From Clostridia bacterium (GTDB lineage: Bacteria > Bacillota > Clostridia > Oscillospirales > CAG-272): a DNA stretch of 64,000 nucleotides. The notes under the pieces are model-generated. The model had not been told where the DNA came from. It saw nothing but the letters and a program-made list of their open reading frames with translations, and ran no database searches. This document shows positions 1-8,054 of the stretch, piece by piece. Within the stretch, counting starts at the first letter, position 1. Each line of letters begins with the position of its first letter. The stretch covers positions 18,032-82,031 of the forward strand of contig JAFVTS010000014.1 in the NCBI GenBank assembly GCA_017503105.1, written 5' to 3'. The position numbers and the translations under genes were made by a program.

Positions 1-654
1 GGGGTGCGGCGCAAGATAGGGGCAGTCGGTTTCAATAAGAACGCACTCCCTCGGTATCGCGGCGGCGACCTCCTTCGGTTTCCTTGCGTTTTTGAAGGTA
101 AGCGTGCCCGAGAACGAGATCATCCAACCGAGCTTTACAAGCTCCTTCGCCATTTCGGATGAGCCCGAGAAGCTATGCAAAACTCCGCGCACGGAGGGGT
201 GGCGCCTTATGACGTTCATAACGTCCTCGTGCGATTCTCTGTCGTGGATGCAAACGGGGATATCAAGCCTTCCCGCAAGGCGCATCTGCTCATCGAAATA
301 ACGCATCTGCCGCTCGCGGTCGGTGTCCTCGTAGTGGTAATCAAGACCTATCTCACCGAGCAGGACGCACTTGCTCTCGGGAGCTTTTATAAGGCTCTCG
401 ATCTCGGAAAGCTCTCCGTCCATATCGGAGAGAAAACGCGTGTCCGACGGGTGTATTCCCACCGCGGTATACATATTTTTATGTTTCTGCGCTTGTTTAA
501 TTGCCGATTTTGAAGTTTCGGGCGACGTGCCGACGTTGACGATGCCCGAGACGGAATTATTAAGGAGAGTGCCGATAAAGTCATCGACACTCTCCGAAAG
601 CTCTTCCGAAAACCTCTCATCGTAATAATGCGCGTGAGAGTCGAAGTAAGTCAT
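1..654 (-). CDS. tatD: TatD family metal-dependent hydrolase/DNase (3' end cut by window edge)
   Basis: Minus-strand translation from the ATG at 654-652 reads MTYFDSHAHYYDERF...GEIGLDYHY...PVCIHDRESHED...HSFSGS...TFKNA...LIETDCPYLAPHP with no stop down to position 1. These are classic TatD/YabD motifs. The start overlaps the metG stop (TGATG). It is absent from the ORF track because it runs off the window. Confidence 0.85.
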   Translation of the reverse strand, partial: MTYFDSHAHYYDERFSEELSESVDDFIGTLLNNSVSGIVNVGTSPETSKSAIKQAQKHKNMYTAVGIHPSDTRFLSDMDGELSEIESLIKAPESKCVLLGEIGLDYHYEDTDRERQMRYFDEQMRLAGRLDIPVCIHDRESHEDVMNVIRRHPSVRGVLHSFSGSSEMAKELVKLGWMISFSGTLTFKNARKPKEVAAAIPRECVLIETDCPYLAPHP

Positions 655-2591
655 CAGTGTATACGGTCTCCGTTCTTTGCCGAAGGATCGAGGAACACGA
701 CCTTTACGTCCTCCTCACCCGATGCGAGAAGCATTCCGTAGCTCTCGACACCGCAGAGCTTCGCGGGCTTCAGGTTCGCGACGAGTATAACCTTTTTACC
801 GATAAGCTCCGAGGGCTGATAGAACTTAGCGATACCCGAAACGACCTGGCGCTTTTCATATCCGAGGTCGACCTTGAGCTTCAAGAGCTTCTTTGCCTTT
901 GGAACGGGCTCGCACTCAAGTATCTCGGCAACGCGAAGCTCGACTGCGCCGAAGGCTTCAATGCCTATCTCTGCCTCGTGCTCAGGCTCCTCCACGGGTG
1001 CGGCTGCCGCTTCTGCCGCCGCGCGCTTTGCCTCTATTTCCTCAAGGAACTTCTTTTCATCTATTCTTGCAAAGAGAGTGTAAGCCTCACCAAGGGGCTT
1101 TTCCGCAAGAAGCGCGCCGAAGGTGGCAACCGTCGCGTATTCGCGCTTATCCGTGCCGAGCTGAGCGAAGATAGCCTCAGCCGTCGCGGGGATATAAGGC
1201 GAGAGAAGGACGGCACCGATTCGGATGACCTCAAGGAGGTTGTAGATGACCGTCGCAAGACGAGGCTTATCCTCCTCGGATTTCGCGAGCACCCACGGCA
1301 TAGTTTCGTCGATATACTTATTAGCGCGGCGAAGCATTGAGAATATGACCTCAAGCGAATCGGCGACTCTGTAAGCGCCCATAAGCTCTCGCGCCTCTCT
1401 GATAGACTCGGCAACGACCGCCTTCAGCTCGGCGTCAAGCTCCGTTTCCGCGGTCGGTGCGGGAACCGTGCCGCCGAAGTACTTCTTCGTCATCGCGTGA
1501 GTGCGGCTGACAAGATTTCCGAGATTGTTTGCAAGGTCGTTATTATATCTTGTGATAACGCTTTCGTAAGTGATGGAGCCGTCGGAGCCGTAGGGCATCT
1601 CGGAAAGAGCGTAGTAGCGCACTCCGTCAACGCCGAAGGTCTCGGCAAGCTCGTCGGCAAAGACGACGTTGCCCTTGGATTTCGACATTTTATCGTTACC
1701 GAAGTTGAACCAGGGGTGACCGAAGACCTTCTTCGGAAGCGGAAGTCCGAGCGCCATTAAGAAAATGGGCCAATAGATCGTGTGGAAGCGAAGGATATCC
1801 TTGCCGATGATATGAACGTCGGCGGGCCACCACTTCTTGAATTTCTCGCTTTGCTCGTCAAAGGACTTGTCGGGGTCGTAGCCGATGGCGGTGATATAGT
1901 TGGTAAGAGCGTCAAGCCATACGTAAACGACGTGCTTATCGTCAAAATCTACGGGCACGCCCCACTTGAAAGAGGTCCTTGAAACGCAAAGGTCCTGAAG
2001 CCCTGCCTTCAAGAAGTTGTTCACCATTTCCTTCTTACGGCTCTCGGGCTCGATGAAGCCCGGGTTCTCTTCAATGTGCTTTACAAGGCGGTCGACGTAG
2101 TTCGACATCTTGAAGAAGTACGCCTCTTCCCTTGCCTGGCTGACGGGTCTTCCGCAGTCGGGGCACTTGCCCTCCTCTACCTGCGTTTCGGTGAAGAAGG
2201 ACTCGCAGGGGGTGCAGTACCAGCCCTCGTAATAGCCCTTATATATATCGCCCTGATCGTAGAATTTTTTGAATATCTTCCTGACAGCCGCCTCGTGATA
2301 ATCGTCCGTGGTCCTTATGAAGTGATCGTACTTGACGTTCATAAGATCCCAGATGCCCTTTATCTCGTCGGCAACCTTGTCAACGTACGCCTTGGGGCTG
2401 ATGCCCGCCTCGGCTGCAAGATTTTCGATCTTCTGACCGTGCTCGTCCGTTCCCGTGCAAAGGAAAACGTCCTTGCCCATCTGACGCTGAAAACGCGCGA
2501 AGGCGTCGGTCATAATGATCTCGTAGGTGTTGCCGAAATGCGGCTTGCGCGACGCGTACGCTATCGCTGTTGTCAAATAAAACTTTTCCAT
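654..2591 (-). CDS. metG: Methionine--tRNA ligase with C-terminal tRNA-binding (Trbp111/EMAP-like) domain
   Basis: MEKFYLTTAIAY...PHFGNTYE (HIGH-like), KMSKSKGN (KMSKS), a CPDCG zinc knuckle, and a C-terminal LRVAEI...KLKVDLG...IVSGIA OB-fold. The ORF extends to 2651, but the conserved N-terminus and an AAGGAG site favour the ATG at 2591. Confidence 0.93.
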   Translation of the reverse strand: MEKFYLTTAIAYASRKPHFGNTYEIIMTDAFARFQRQMGKDVFLCTGTDEHGQKIENLAAEAGISPKAYVDKVADEIKGIWDLMNVKYDHFIRTTDDYHEAAVRKIFKKFYDQGDIYKGYYEGWYCTPCESFFTETQVEEGKCPDCGRPVSQAREEAYFFKMSNYVDRLVKHIEENPGFIEPESRKKEMVNNFLKAGLQDLCVSRTSFKWGVPVDFDDKHVVYVWLDALTNYITAIGYDPDKSFDEQSEKFKKWWPADVHIIGKDILRFHTIYWPIFLMALGLPLPKKVFGHPWFNFGNDKMSKSKGNVVFADELAETFGVDGVRYYALSEMPYGSDGSITYESVITRYNNDLANNLGNLVSRTHAMTKKYFGGTVPAPTAETELDAELKAVVAESIREARELMGAYRVADSLEVIFSMLRRANKYIDETMPWVLAKSEEDKPRLATVIYNLLEVIRIGAVLLSPYIPATAEAIFAQLGTDKREYATVATFGALLAEKPLGEAYTLFARIDEKKFLEEIEAKRAAAEAAAAPVEEPEHEAEIGIEAFGAVELRVAEILECEPVPKAKKLLKLKVDLGYEKRQVVSGIAKFYQPSELIGKKVILVANLKPAKLCGVESYGMLLASGEEDVKVVFLDPSAKNGDRIH

Positions 2592-2726
2592 ATCTCTGCT
2601 CTGCTCCTTACATCCACCCGCGGCTAATGGAACCGCAGGATGTTTTTTCATTTTTACATTATAACATATTTTTTCGGAAAATACAATGTTTTTTCCATTC
2701 TTTTTATTTTTTTCAAGTTTCTTTCC

Positions 2727-2755
2727 TTGACTTTTTTATAATTTAATGATAAAAT
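2727..2755 (+). promoter_or_regulatory. Putative sigma-A promoter for holB operon
   Basis: TTGACT (2727-2732), a 17-nt spacer ending in TGa, then TAAAAT (2750-2755), about 30 nt upstream of the holB start. Confidence 0.45.
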
Positions 2756-2784
2756 ATAAATTGGGATAGAATTTTTGAGAGGAG

Positions 2785-3831
2785 ATGCGTTTGGTGAACG
2801 GTATATTCGACGGCCTTTTCGGCAACGATGCGACGAAGGTGCGCCTTGGCACTGCCATAAGGACGGGGACGCTTCCGCACGCATTCCTCATAGACGGACC
2901 GCGCGGCTCGGGTAAGAGTACGCTGGCTTTTGAGATAGCGGCGGCGCTTGGCTGTGAAAACCGAGAAAGCGCGACGGGTCCCTTACCCTGCCGCAGGTGC
3001 AACACCTGCAGGCGAATATTCGAGGGTACCTTTACTGACGTGAAGGTGCTTGACAAGCCGAAGGACAAGGCGACGATAGGCGTTGAGTCCGTCAAGGAAT
3101 TCAAGGAGGATATGTTCCTCTCTGCGGGTGAATCGGACGTCAAGATCTACATCGTCAAAAACGCGCATCTGTTGACTCCGCAGGCGCAAAACGCGCTTCT
3201 TACGGTTATGGAAGAGCCGCCGAGCGGCGTGTTCATTCTGCTTCTTTCGGAATCGGCTGACAAAATACTGACGACTATAAAAAGCCGCGCACAGTACGTG
3301 GCGATGGAGCGCTTCTCAAGGCAGGCGCTTGAATCTTATCTTTTGGATAAGGTGCCCGAGGCACGCACAAGACGCACGTCTGACCCCGAGGGCTTCGGCG
3401 CGTTGCTCATACGCTCCGAGGGTTACATCGGACGGGCGACCGAGCTCTTTGACCCGAAGGAATCCGAAAGGATAAAAGCTGAGCGCGAGACTGTCAAAAA
3501 ATTCATCGCGGCACTTGACGTGCGAGCGCCCTACTCCGCCCTTTACGCGGTGATAACGGAGCTGCCGACCGTGCGCGCGGAGCTTCTTCTCTCGCTTGAG
3601 GAGATAGGACGGGCTCTTGCGGATATGATAAAATCAAAAAGCACCGACGGGTTCGTCACGACGGAATTCTTCTTAGACGCGGACGAGGCGCGAAGGACGG
3701 CGAAGAGCCTTTCACAAAAAAGGCTGCTTGCGATCTCGGGCATACTCCTAGAAACGCACGACGCCATAAGTAAAAACGCTATGACCGCCGCGGCTTTGGC
3801 GAGCCTTGCGGCAAAAATAAAACTGATATAA
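2785..3831 (+). CDS. holB: DNA polymerase III delta' subunit
   Basis: LPHAFLIDGPRGSGKSTLA P-loop, CRRCNTCRRI zinc module, an SRAQ-type box (KSRAQYV), and the holB-ricT synteny typical of Firmicutes. Confidence 0.8.
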   Translation: MRLVNGIFDGLFGNDATKVRLGTAIRTGTLPHAFLIDGPRGSGKSTLAFEIAAALGCENRESATGPLPCRRCNTCRRIFEGTFTDVKVLDKPKDKATIGVESVKEFKEDMFLSAGESDVKIYIVKNAHLLTPQAQNALLTVMEEPPSGVFILLLSESADKILTTIKSRAQYVAMERFSRQALESYLLDKVPEARTRRTSDPEGFGALLIRSEGYIGRATELFDPKESERIKAERETVKKFIAALDVRAPYSALYAVITELPTVRAELLLSLEEIGRALADMIKSKSTDGFVTTEFFLDADEARRTAKSLSQKRLLAISGILLETHDAISKNAMTAAALASLAAKIKLI

Positions 3832-3849
3832 TTTTAAGGAAAAGTAAAG

Positions 3850-4755
3850 ATGGAAAACGAAAAGAATACGGACTTAGAGCCCACTCTCAGCGCGGCAAAC
3901 GTCGAGATCGTCGGCGTCAGCTTCCGCGAGGCGGGAAAGATATATTACTTCTCCCCCGGTGTGTTCAAGCTCACTTTGGGTGATAGAGTCATCGTCGACA
4001 CGGCGAGAGGAACGGAGATAGGAACGGTAAAGCTCGGCAACAAGATAGTGCCGAGGAGCGAGATAGTAACGCCGCTTAAAAGCATAAAGCGCATAGCGAC
4101 TGCCGCTGACCTTGAGAGGGACGCGAAGAACCGCGAGCTTGAGATGGACGCGGCTCTGATATGCAAGAAGAAGATCGCGGAGCACAGGCTCGGAATGAAC
4201 CTCGTTTCCGTTGAGTATACGTTTGACAATTCAAAGCTCATATTCTACTTCACCTGCGAATCGAGAGTCGACTTCAGAGAGCTCGTAAAGGACCTTGCCT
4301 CCACCTTCAGAACGAGGATAGAGCTTCGCCAGATCGGCATACGCGACGAGGCGAAGATGATGGGCGGTCTCGGCATTTGCGGCAGAAAATACTGTTGCGC
4401 GGGATTTCTCTCCGACTTCGTACAGGTGTCGATAAAAATGGCGAGGGAGCAGAACTTCGCTCTCAACTCGTCGAAGAGTTCGGGAGCTTGCGGAAGACTT
4501 ATGTGCTGCCTGCGCTACGAGCACGAAACGTACGAGGAGGCGATAAAAAGACTGCCTCCGCACGGTGCCGTCGTTATGACGCCCGACGGTCAGGGCACCG
4601 TTACCGAGGTGCGCCCGCTTGCCGAAGAGCTTAAGGTCAGGATAGAGGACAAGGAAAAGGACGCGATAAAGCTTTACAAGGCGACGGAGCTGAAGGTTCT
4701 CAAGCTTCCGAAAAACAAAAAGGCAGCCGAAGACGAAGAGGACGTCGAGGAGTAA
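3850..4755 (+). CDS. ricT: PSP1-domain regulatory protein RicT/YaaT (stage 0 sporulation protein family)
   Basis: PSP1 C-terminal signature with a Cys-rich block (GICGRKYCCAGFL...CGRLMCCLRYE). It lies directly downstream of holB, as in Bacillus. Confidence 0.8.
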   Translation: MENEKNTDLEPTLSAANVEIVGVSFREAGKIYYFSPGVFKLTLGDRVIVDTARGTEIGTVKLGNKIVPRSEIVTPLKSIKRIATAADLERDAKNRELEMDAALICKKKIAEHRLGMNLVSVEYTFDNSKLIFYFTCESRVDFRELVKDLASTFRTRIELRQIGIRDEAKMMGGLGICGRKYCCAGFLSDFVQVSIKMAREQNFALNSSKSSGACGRLMCCLRYEHETYEEAIKRLPPHGAVVMTPDGQGTVTEVRPLAEELKVRIEDKEKDAIKLYKATELKVLKLPKNKKAAEDEEDVEE

Positions 4756-4802
4756 TTATTTTAATAAATTCGGGATTTTTTCAGTTTTTTTCAAAAATAC
4801 TA

Positions 4803-4830
4803 TTGATTTTTTTCGCAAATGTGATACAAT
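4803..4830 (+). promoter_or_regulatory. Putative sigma-A promoter (extended -10) for ferredoxin gene
   Basis: TTGATT (4803-4808), a 16-nt spacer, then TGaTACAAT (4822-4830). Confidence 0.5.
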
Positions 4831-4866
4831 AGTATGTGGAAATACTACTTCAGGAGGTACTTTAAC

Positions 4867-5037
4867 ATGGCATACAAGATTTCCGACGATTGCATCGCAT
4901 GCGGCGCTTGCGCTGATGCGTGCCCCACCGGTTGCATCTCCGAGGGTGACGGCAAGTACGTTATCAACGCTGACGAGTGCGTAAGCTGCGGTTCTTGCGC
5001 AGACGCGTGCCCCGTTGCTGCTCCCGCTGAGGAGTAA
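4867..5037 (+). CDS. fdx: Clostridial-type 2x[4Fe-4S] ferredoxin (56 aa)
   Basis: MAYKISDDCIACGACADACP...CVSCGSCADACP contains two CxxCxxCxxxCP motifs. An AGGAGG RBS sits 7 nt upstream of the ATG at 4867. The track ORF begins earlier, at 4834. Confidence 0.9.
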   Translation: MAYKISDDCIACGACADACPTGCISEGDGKYVINADECVSCGSCADACPVAAPAEE

Positions 5038-5073
5038 TCAATACACGGGCATACCGGTATACATTTTGAAAAG

Positions 5074-5099
5074 GCGGAGCGTGAGTTCTCCGCTTTTTC
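5074..5099 (+). terminator. Rho-independent terminator after ferredoxin
   Basis: GCGGAG (5074-5079) pairs with CTCCGC (5088-5093), followed by TTTTT. Confidence 0.7.
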
Positions 5100-5135
5100 T
5101 ATACCAAAACTCACACCGATCGGAGTTAAGCACTT

Positions 5136-5936
5136 ATGCAAACGAACGAAGAAAAAAGCGCGCGGACTCTTCTTGAGAACGAGCGAATAGATAAAGTAAA
5201 CGACGACATAGAGCTCATTCAGAGGACGGACGGTCTTACCTTCGGCACCGACGCCCTGTTGCTTGCGGCTTTCATTGACGGGGGCTCGGTAAGAGCTCTT
5301 GAGATAGGCGGCGGCACGGGGATAATTTCCTTGCTATGCCTTACGCGAAACAAGTTTGACACGGTCGAGTGCTGCGAGGTGCAAAGGACCTTCGCGGATA
5401 TTATATCGAGGAACGCCGTCATCAACCGTCTTGAGAAAAGACTGACCGTACGCCACGCCGACGTGCGCACGCTCGTGACGGACAAGCCCTTCGACGCGGT
5501 ATTCACGAATCCGCCCTATATGACCCCCTCAAGCGGCAGAGCCAACGAAAACAGCGGAAAGAACGCCGCACGGCACGAGATAAACGGCGGCATTGCTGAT
5601 TTTTGCCTCTCTGCAAAACGGCTTTTGAAATTCGGCGGCAGCTTTTTTGCGGTATACAGACCCGACAGACTCGCGGACCTTATCGCGGCAATGAAGGGCG
5701 CGGGAATAGAGCCGAAGAGAATGACCTTCGTTCACGCGGATGCGGAAAGCGAGCCTTCTGTGGTGCTGACCGAGGGCAGAATGGGCGGCAAGGGCGGAAT
5801 GAGAGTCACAAGACCCCTTATAATATATAATGATAAAACGCACACGGAGGAAAGCCGTGATATGAAATACATACTTGATAACGGCTCCTTCCCCGAGGAT
5901 TTTTCGAACAGGAACAGAGGACGGAAAAATGGCTGA
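5136..5936 (+). CDS. SAM-dependent methyltransferase, YabB/TrmN6-like (tRNA m6A37 family)
   Basis: EIGGGTGIISL SAM-binding motif and the FTNPPYM (NPPY) motif. It occupies the yabB position upstream of rsmI. Confidence 0.7.
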   Translation: MQTNEEKSARTLLENERIDKVNDDIELIQRTDGLTFGTDALLLAAFIDGGSVRALEIGGGTGIISLLCLTRNKFDTVECCEVQRTFADIISRNAVINRLEKRLTVRHADVRTLVTDKPFDAVFTNPPYMTPSSGRANENSGKNAARHEINGGIADFCLSAKRLLKFGGSFFAVYRPDRLADLIAAMKGAGIEPKRMTFVHADAESEPSVVLTEGRMGGKGGMRVTRPLIIYNDKTHTEESRDMKYILDNGSFPEDFSNRNRGRKNG

Positions 5937-6795
5937 AAACGAAAAGAATAAGATCGAAGGCGGCGCGCTTTACTTGGTCGGAACACCGATAGGCAACCTT
6001 GCGGATATATCCGAAAGAGCGAAAAAGGTGCTCTCGGAGGTTGATTTCATTGCCGCCGAGGACACGAGAAATACGGCAAAGCTCCTCCTCTGCCTCGGAA
6101 TACGCGGAGAGCTTGTGAGCTACTTCGAGCACAACAAAAAGGCAAGCGGAGAGCGTATTATAGAAAGACTTCTTTCGGGAGAATCCTGCGCACTCGTTAC
6201 CGACGCGGGAATGCCAGCGATAAGCGACCCCGGGGAGGATATAGTAAGGCTCTGCGCCGAGGCGGGAGTCAGAGTGCTCGTCGTTCCGGGTCCTTGCGCG
6301 GCGGTGAGTGCCCTTGCCCTCTCGGCTCTTCCCACGGGTAAATTCGTATTTGAGGGATTCCTCTCGGCAAACAAGGGCGAGCGGCGCGCAAGGCTACTTG
6401 AGCTCACCTCCGAGTCAAGAACGCTCATATTCTACGAAGCTCCCCACAAACTGAAGACTACCCTTTCGGATATGGCGGATGCTTTCGGCGAGGAAAGAAG
6501 GGTCTCACTTTGCCGCGAGCTTACGAAGATCAACGAGGAGGTCATACGCACGACGCTCGCCCGCGCTTTGGAATACTATACCGAGCACGAGCCGAGAGGC
6601 GAATACGTCCTTGTTATCGAAGGAGCAGACGGGTGCGCCCGAAAAGAAGAAAACCCGCTTCTCACACTCACCCCCGAAGAGCATGTTGCCCACTACGAAG
6701 CCGAGGGCTTGAAGAGAATGGACGCGATAAAAAAGGCGGCAAAAGACCGCGGACTTTCAAAGTCGGAGCTTTACAATTCGCTTATCGAAAAATAG
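5929..6795 (+). CDS. rsmI: 16S rRNA (cytidine1402-2'-O)-methyltransferase
   Basis: LYLVGTPIGNLADIS...AEDTR...SDAGMPAISDPG...FYEAPHK are tetrapyrrole-methylase-fold RsmI motifs. The ATG at 5929 overlaps the stop of the preceding gene. The track ORF starts at 5875. Confidence 0.9.
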   Translation: MAENEKNKIEGGALYLVGTPIGNLADISERAKKVLSEVDFIAAEDTRNTAKLLLCLGIRGELVSYFEHNKKASGERIIERLLSGESCALVTDAGMPAISDPGEDIVRLCAEAGVRVLVVPGPCAAVSALALSALPTGKFVFEGFLSANKGERRARLLELTSESRTLIFYEAPHKLKTTLSDMADAFGEERRVSLCRELTKINEEVIRTTLARALEYYTEHEPRGEYVLVIEGADGCARKEENPLLTLTPEEHVAHYEAEGLKRMDAIKKAAKDRGLSKSELYNSLIEK

Positions 6796-6843
6796 TTTTT
6801 TGTAATAATCCCGATAAAATTTGCGGCAGAACAAGTTTACGTC

Positions 6844-6875
6844 AAAAAAGCAGGACAAACCGTCCTGCTTTTCTT
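6844..6875. terminator. Bidirectional rho-independent terminator between convergent rsmI and M20 peptidase genes
   Basis: AGCAGGAC (6849-6856) pairs with GTCCTGCT (6862-6869), flanked by an A-run and a T-run. Confidence 0.7.
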
Positions 6876-6905
6876 GTAATTATTCAAAATTATTGTTCTG
6901 CCTTG

Positions 6906-8054
6906 TCAGCAAAGCGCTAACGCGATCTTGATACCTAATTCAAGTCCCGTCATCAAGGATTTCTTATCAAGCCATTCGGAGTATGTGTGCATTCCGCCGC
7001 CCGCGCAAGTACCGAGGCATACTGCAGGAACGCCAAGTGACAAAGGAACGTTGGCATCGGTCGATGCAGAGCATCTCGGAGGCTTGCTTCCCACCGTTTC
7101 GCAAATCGCTTTTTCACAGATAGTAATAAGGCTTTCGTGTTCATCGGGATCAAGCTTGCCCATACACGGTCTTTCTCCAACGAGCGTGACGGAAACCTCA
7201 ACGTCATCTGCTTTCGCTTTTTCAAATATCATCTCAAAGCTTTTCTTCATTATGTTAAGGCTTTCACGGTCATCGGAACGATATTCGCAAAGCATAGACG
7301 CCGATTCCGGTATAGTGTTGACGGACGTGCCGCCCGTAATAAGACCTACGTTATAGGTAGTTTTGCTTCCGTTGTTTTTAGGCGGTGTTATAGAGTATAT
7401 ATCGTTTATAATTTTCGACAATTCAAACACCGCGCTCTTGTTTCCGAAAGCACCGTATGAATGTCCGCCCTTCGTCTTCACGGTAAGCTCATACCTATGT
7501 GAGCCGACGCATTTATCCGCTATGCCACCGAACGTTCCGTCAAAGGTAACGAAGCGAGCTATTCTCCCTGAAAAGTCTTTGAATATCTGCCTTGTTCCCG
7601 CCAAATTTCCAAGTCCCTCTTCCGAAGAATTGCACACGAACAAAAGCCCAGACGGCGCCTGCACCCTGCTCTCGATTACAAACCTTGCGCTCATCATAAG
7701 AACCGCGAGATTTGCCGTGTCGTCACAAATACCGGGGCACCTTATAATCTCTCCGTCATCGGAATACTCCATAGGCTCCATATCGGGAAAGACCGTGTCT
7801 GTGTGTGCAAAAAGTGCTGTTATCTCGTTTTTCCCCTCGCACTGATACGGGAAAACCACGTTCTTTTTTTCATCTATATAAACGCCCTCAGCTCCCACGG
7901 ATTCAAGCCACTTCTTGCAAAATTCAGCCCGTTTCTCCTCGTTACCCGTAGGTGCGGGGATCAGCGCAAGCTCTCGCAAAAGCAAGTAAAGTTCGTCAGA
8001 ATGCTTTTTTATATAGCTGTCAGTCATATAAAACATATTATTTTTCTCCATCAA
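6906..8054 (-). CDS. M20/M25/M40 family metallopeptidase (ArgE/DapE/PepT-like)
   Basis: ALIPAPTGNEEKRAEF, FAHTDTVFP, CDDTANL and SSEEGLGNL are metal-ligand-type motifs of the M20 family. The start ATG overlaps the polC stop (ATGA). Confidence 0.75.
   Translation of the reverse strand: MMEKNNMFYMTDSYIKKHSDELYLLLRELALIPAPTGNEEKRAEFCKKWLESVGAEGVYIDEKKNVVFPYQCEGKNEITALFAHTDTVFPDMEPMEYSDDGEIIRCPGICDDTANLAVLMMSARFVIESRVQAPSGLLFVCNSSEEGLGNLAGTRQIFKDFSGRIARFVTFDGTFGGIADKCVGSHRYELTVKTKGGHSYGAFGNKSAVFELSKIINDIYSITPPKNNGSKTTYNVGLITGGTSVNTIPESASMLCEYRSDDRESLNIMKKSFEMIFEKAKADDVEVSVTLVGERPCMGKLDPDEHESLITICEKAICETVGSKPPRCSASTDANVPLSLGVPAVCLGTCAGGGMHTYSEWLDKKSLMTGLELGIKIALALC

Noticed and set aside
2592-2651. 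20-codon N-terminal extension of metG (MKKHPAVPLAAGGCKEQSRD)
   Set aside because: No RBS precedes the ATG at 2651. The conserved MetRS N-terminus begins at MEKFY, which has an upstream AAGGAG.
2592-2784. Possible T-box or other leader upstream of metG (a hairpin CATCC-GCGG...CCGC-GGATG around 2611-2642)
   Set aside because: The region is too short for a T-box, has no GGGTGGTACCGCG-like motif on the minus strand, and has no terminator U-run. It is probably just 5'-UTR structure.
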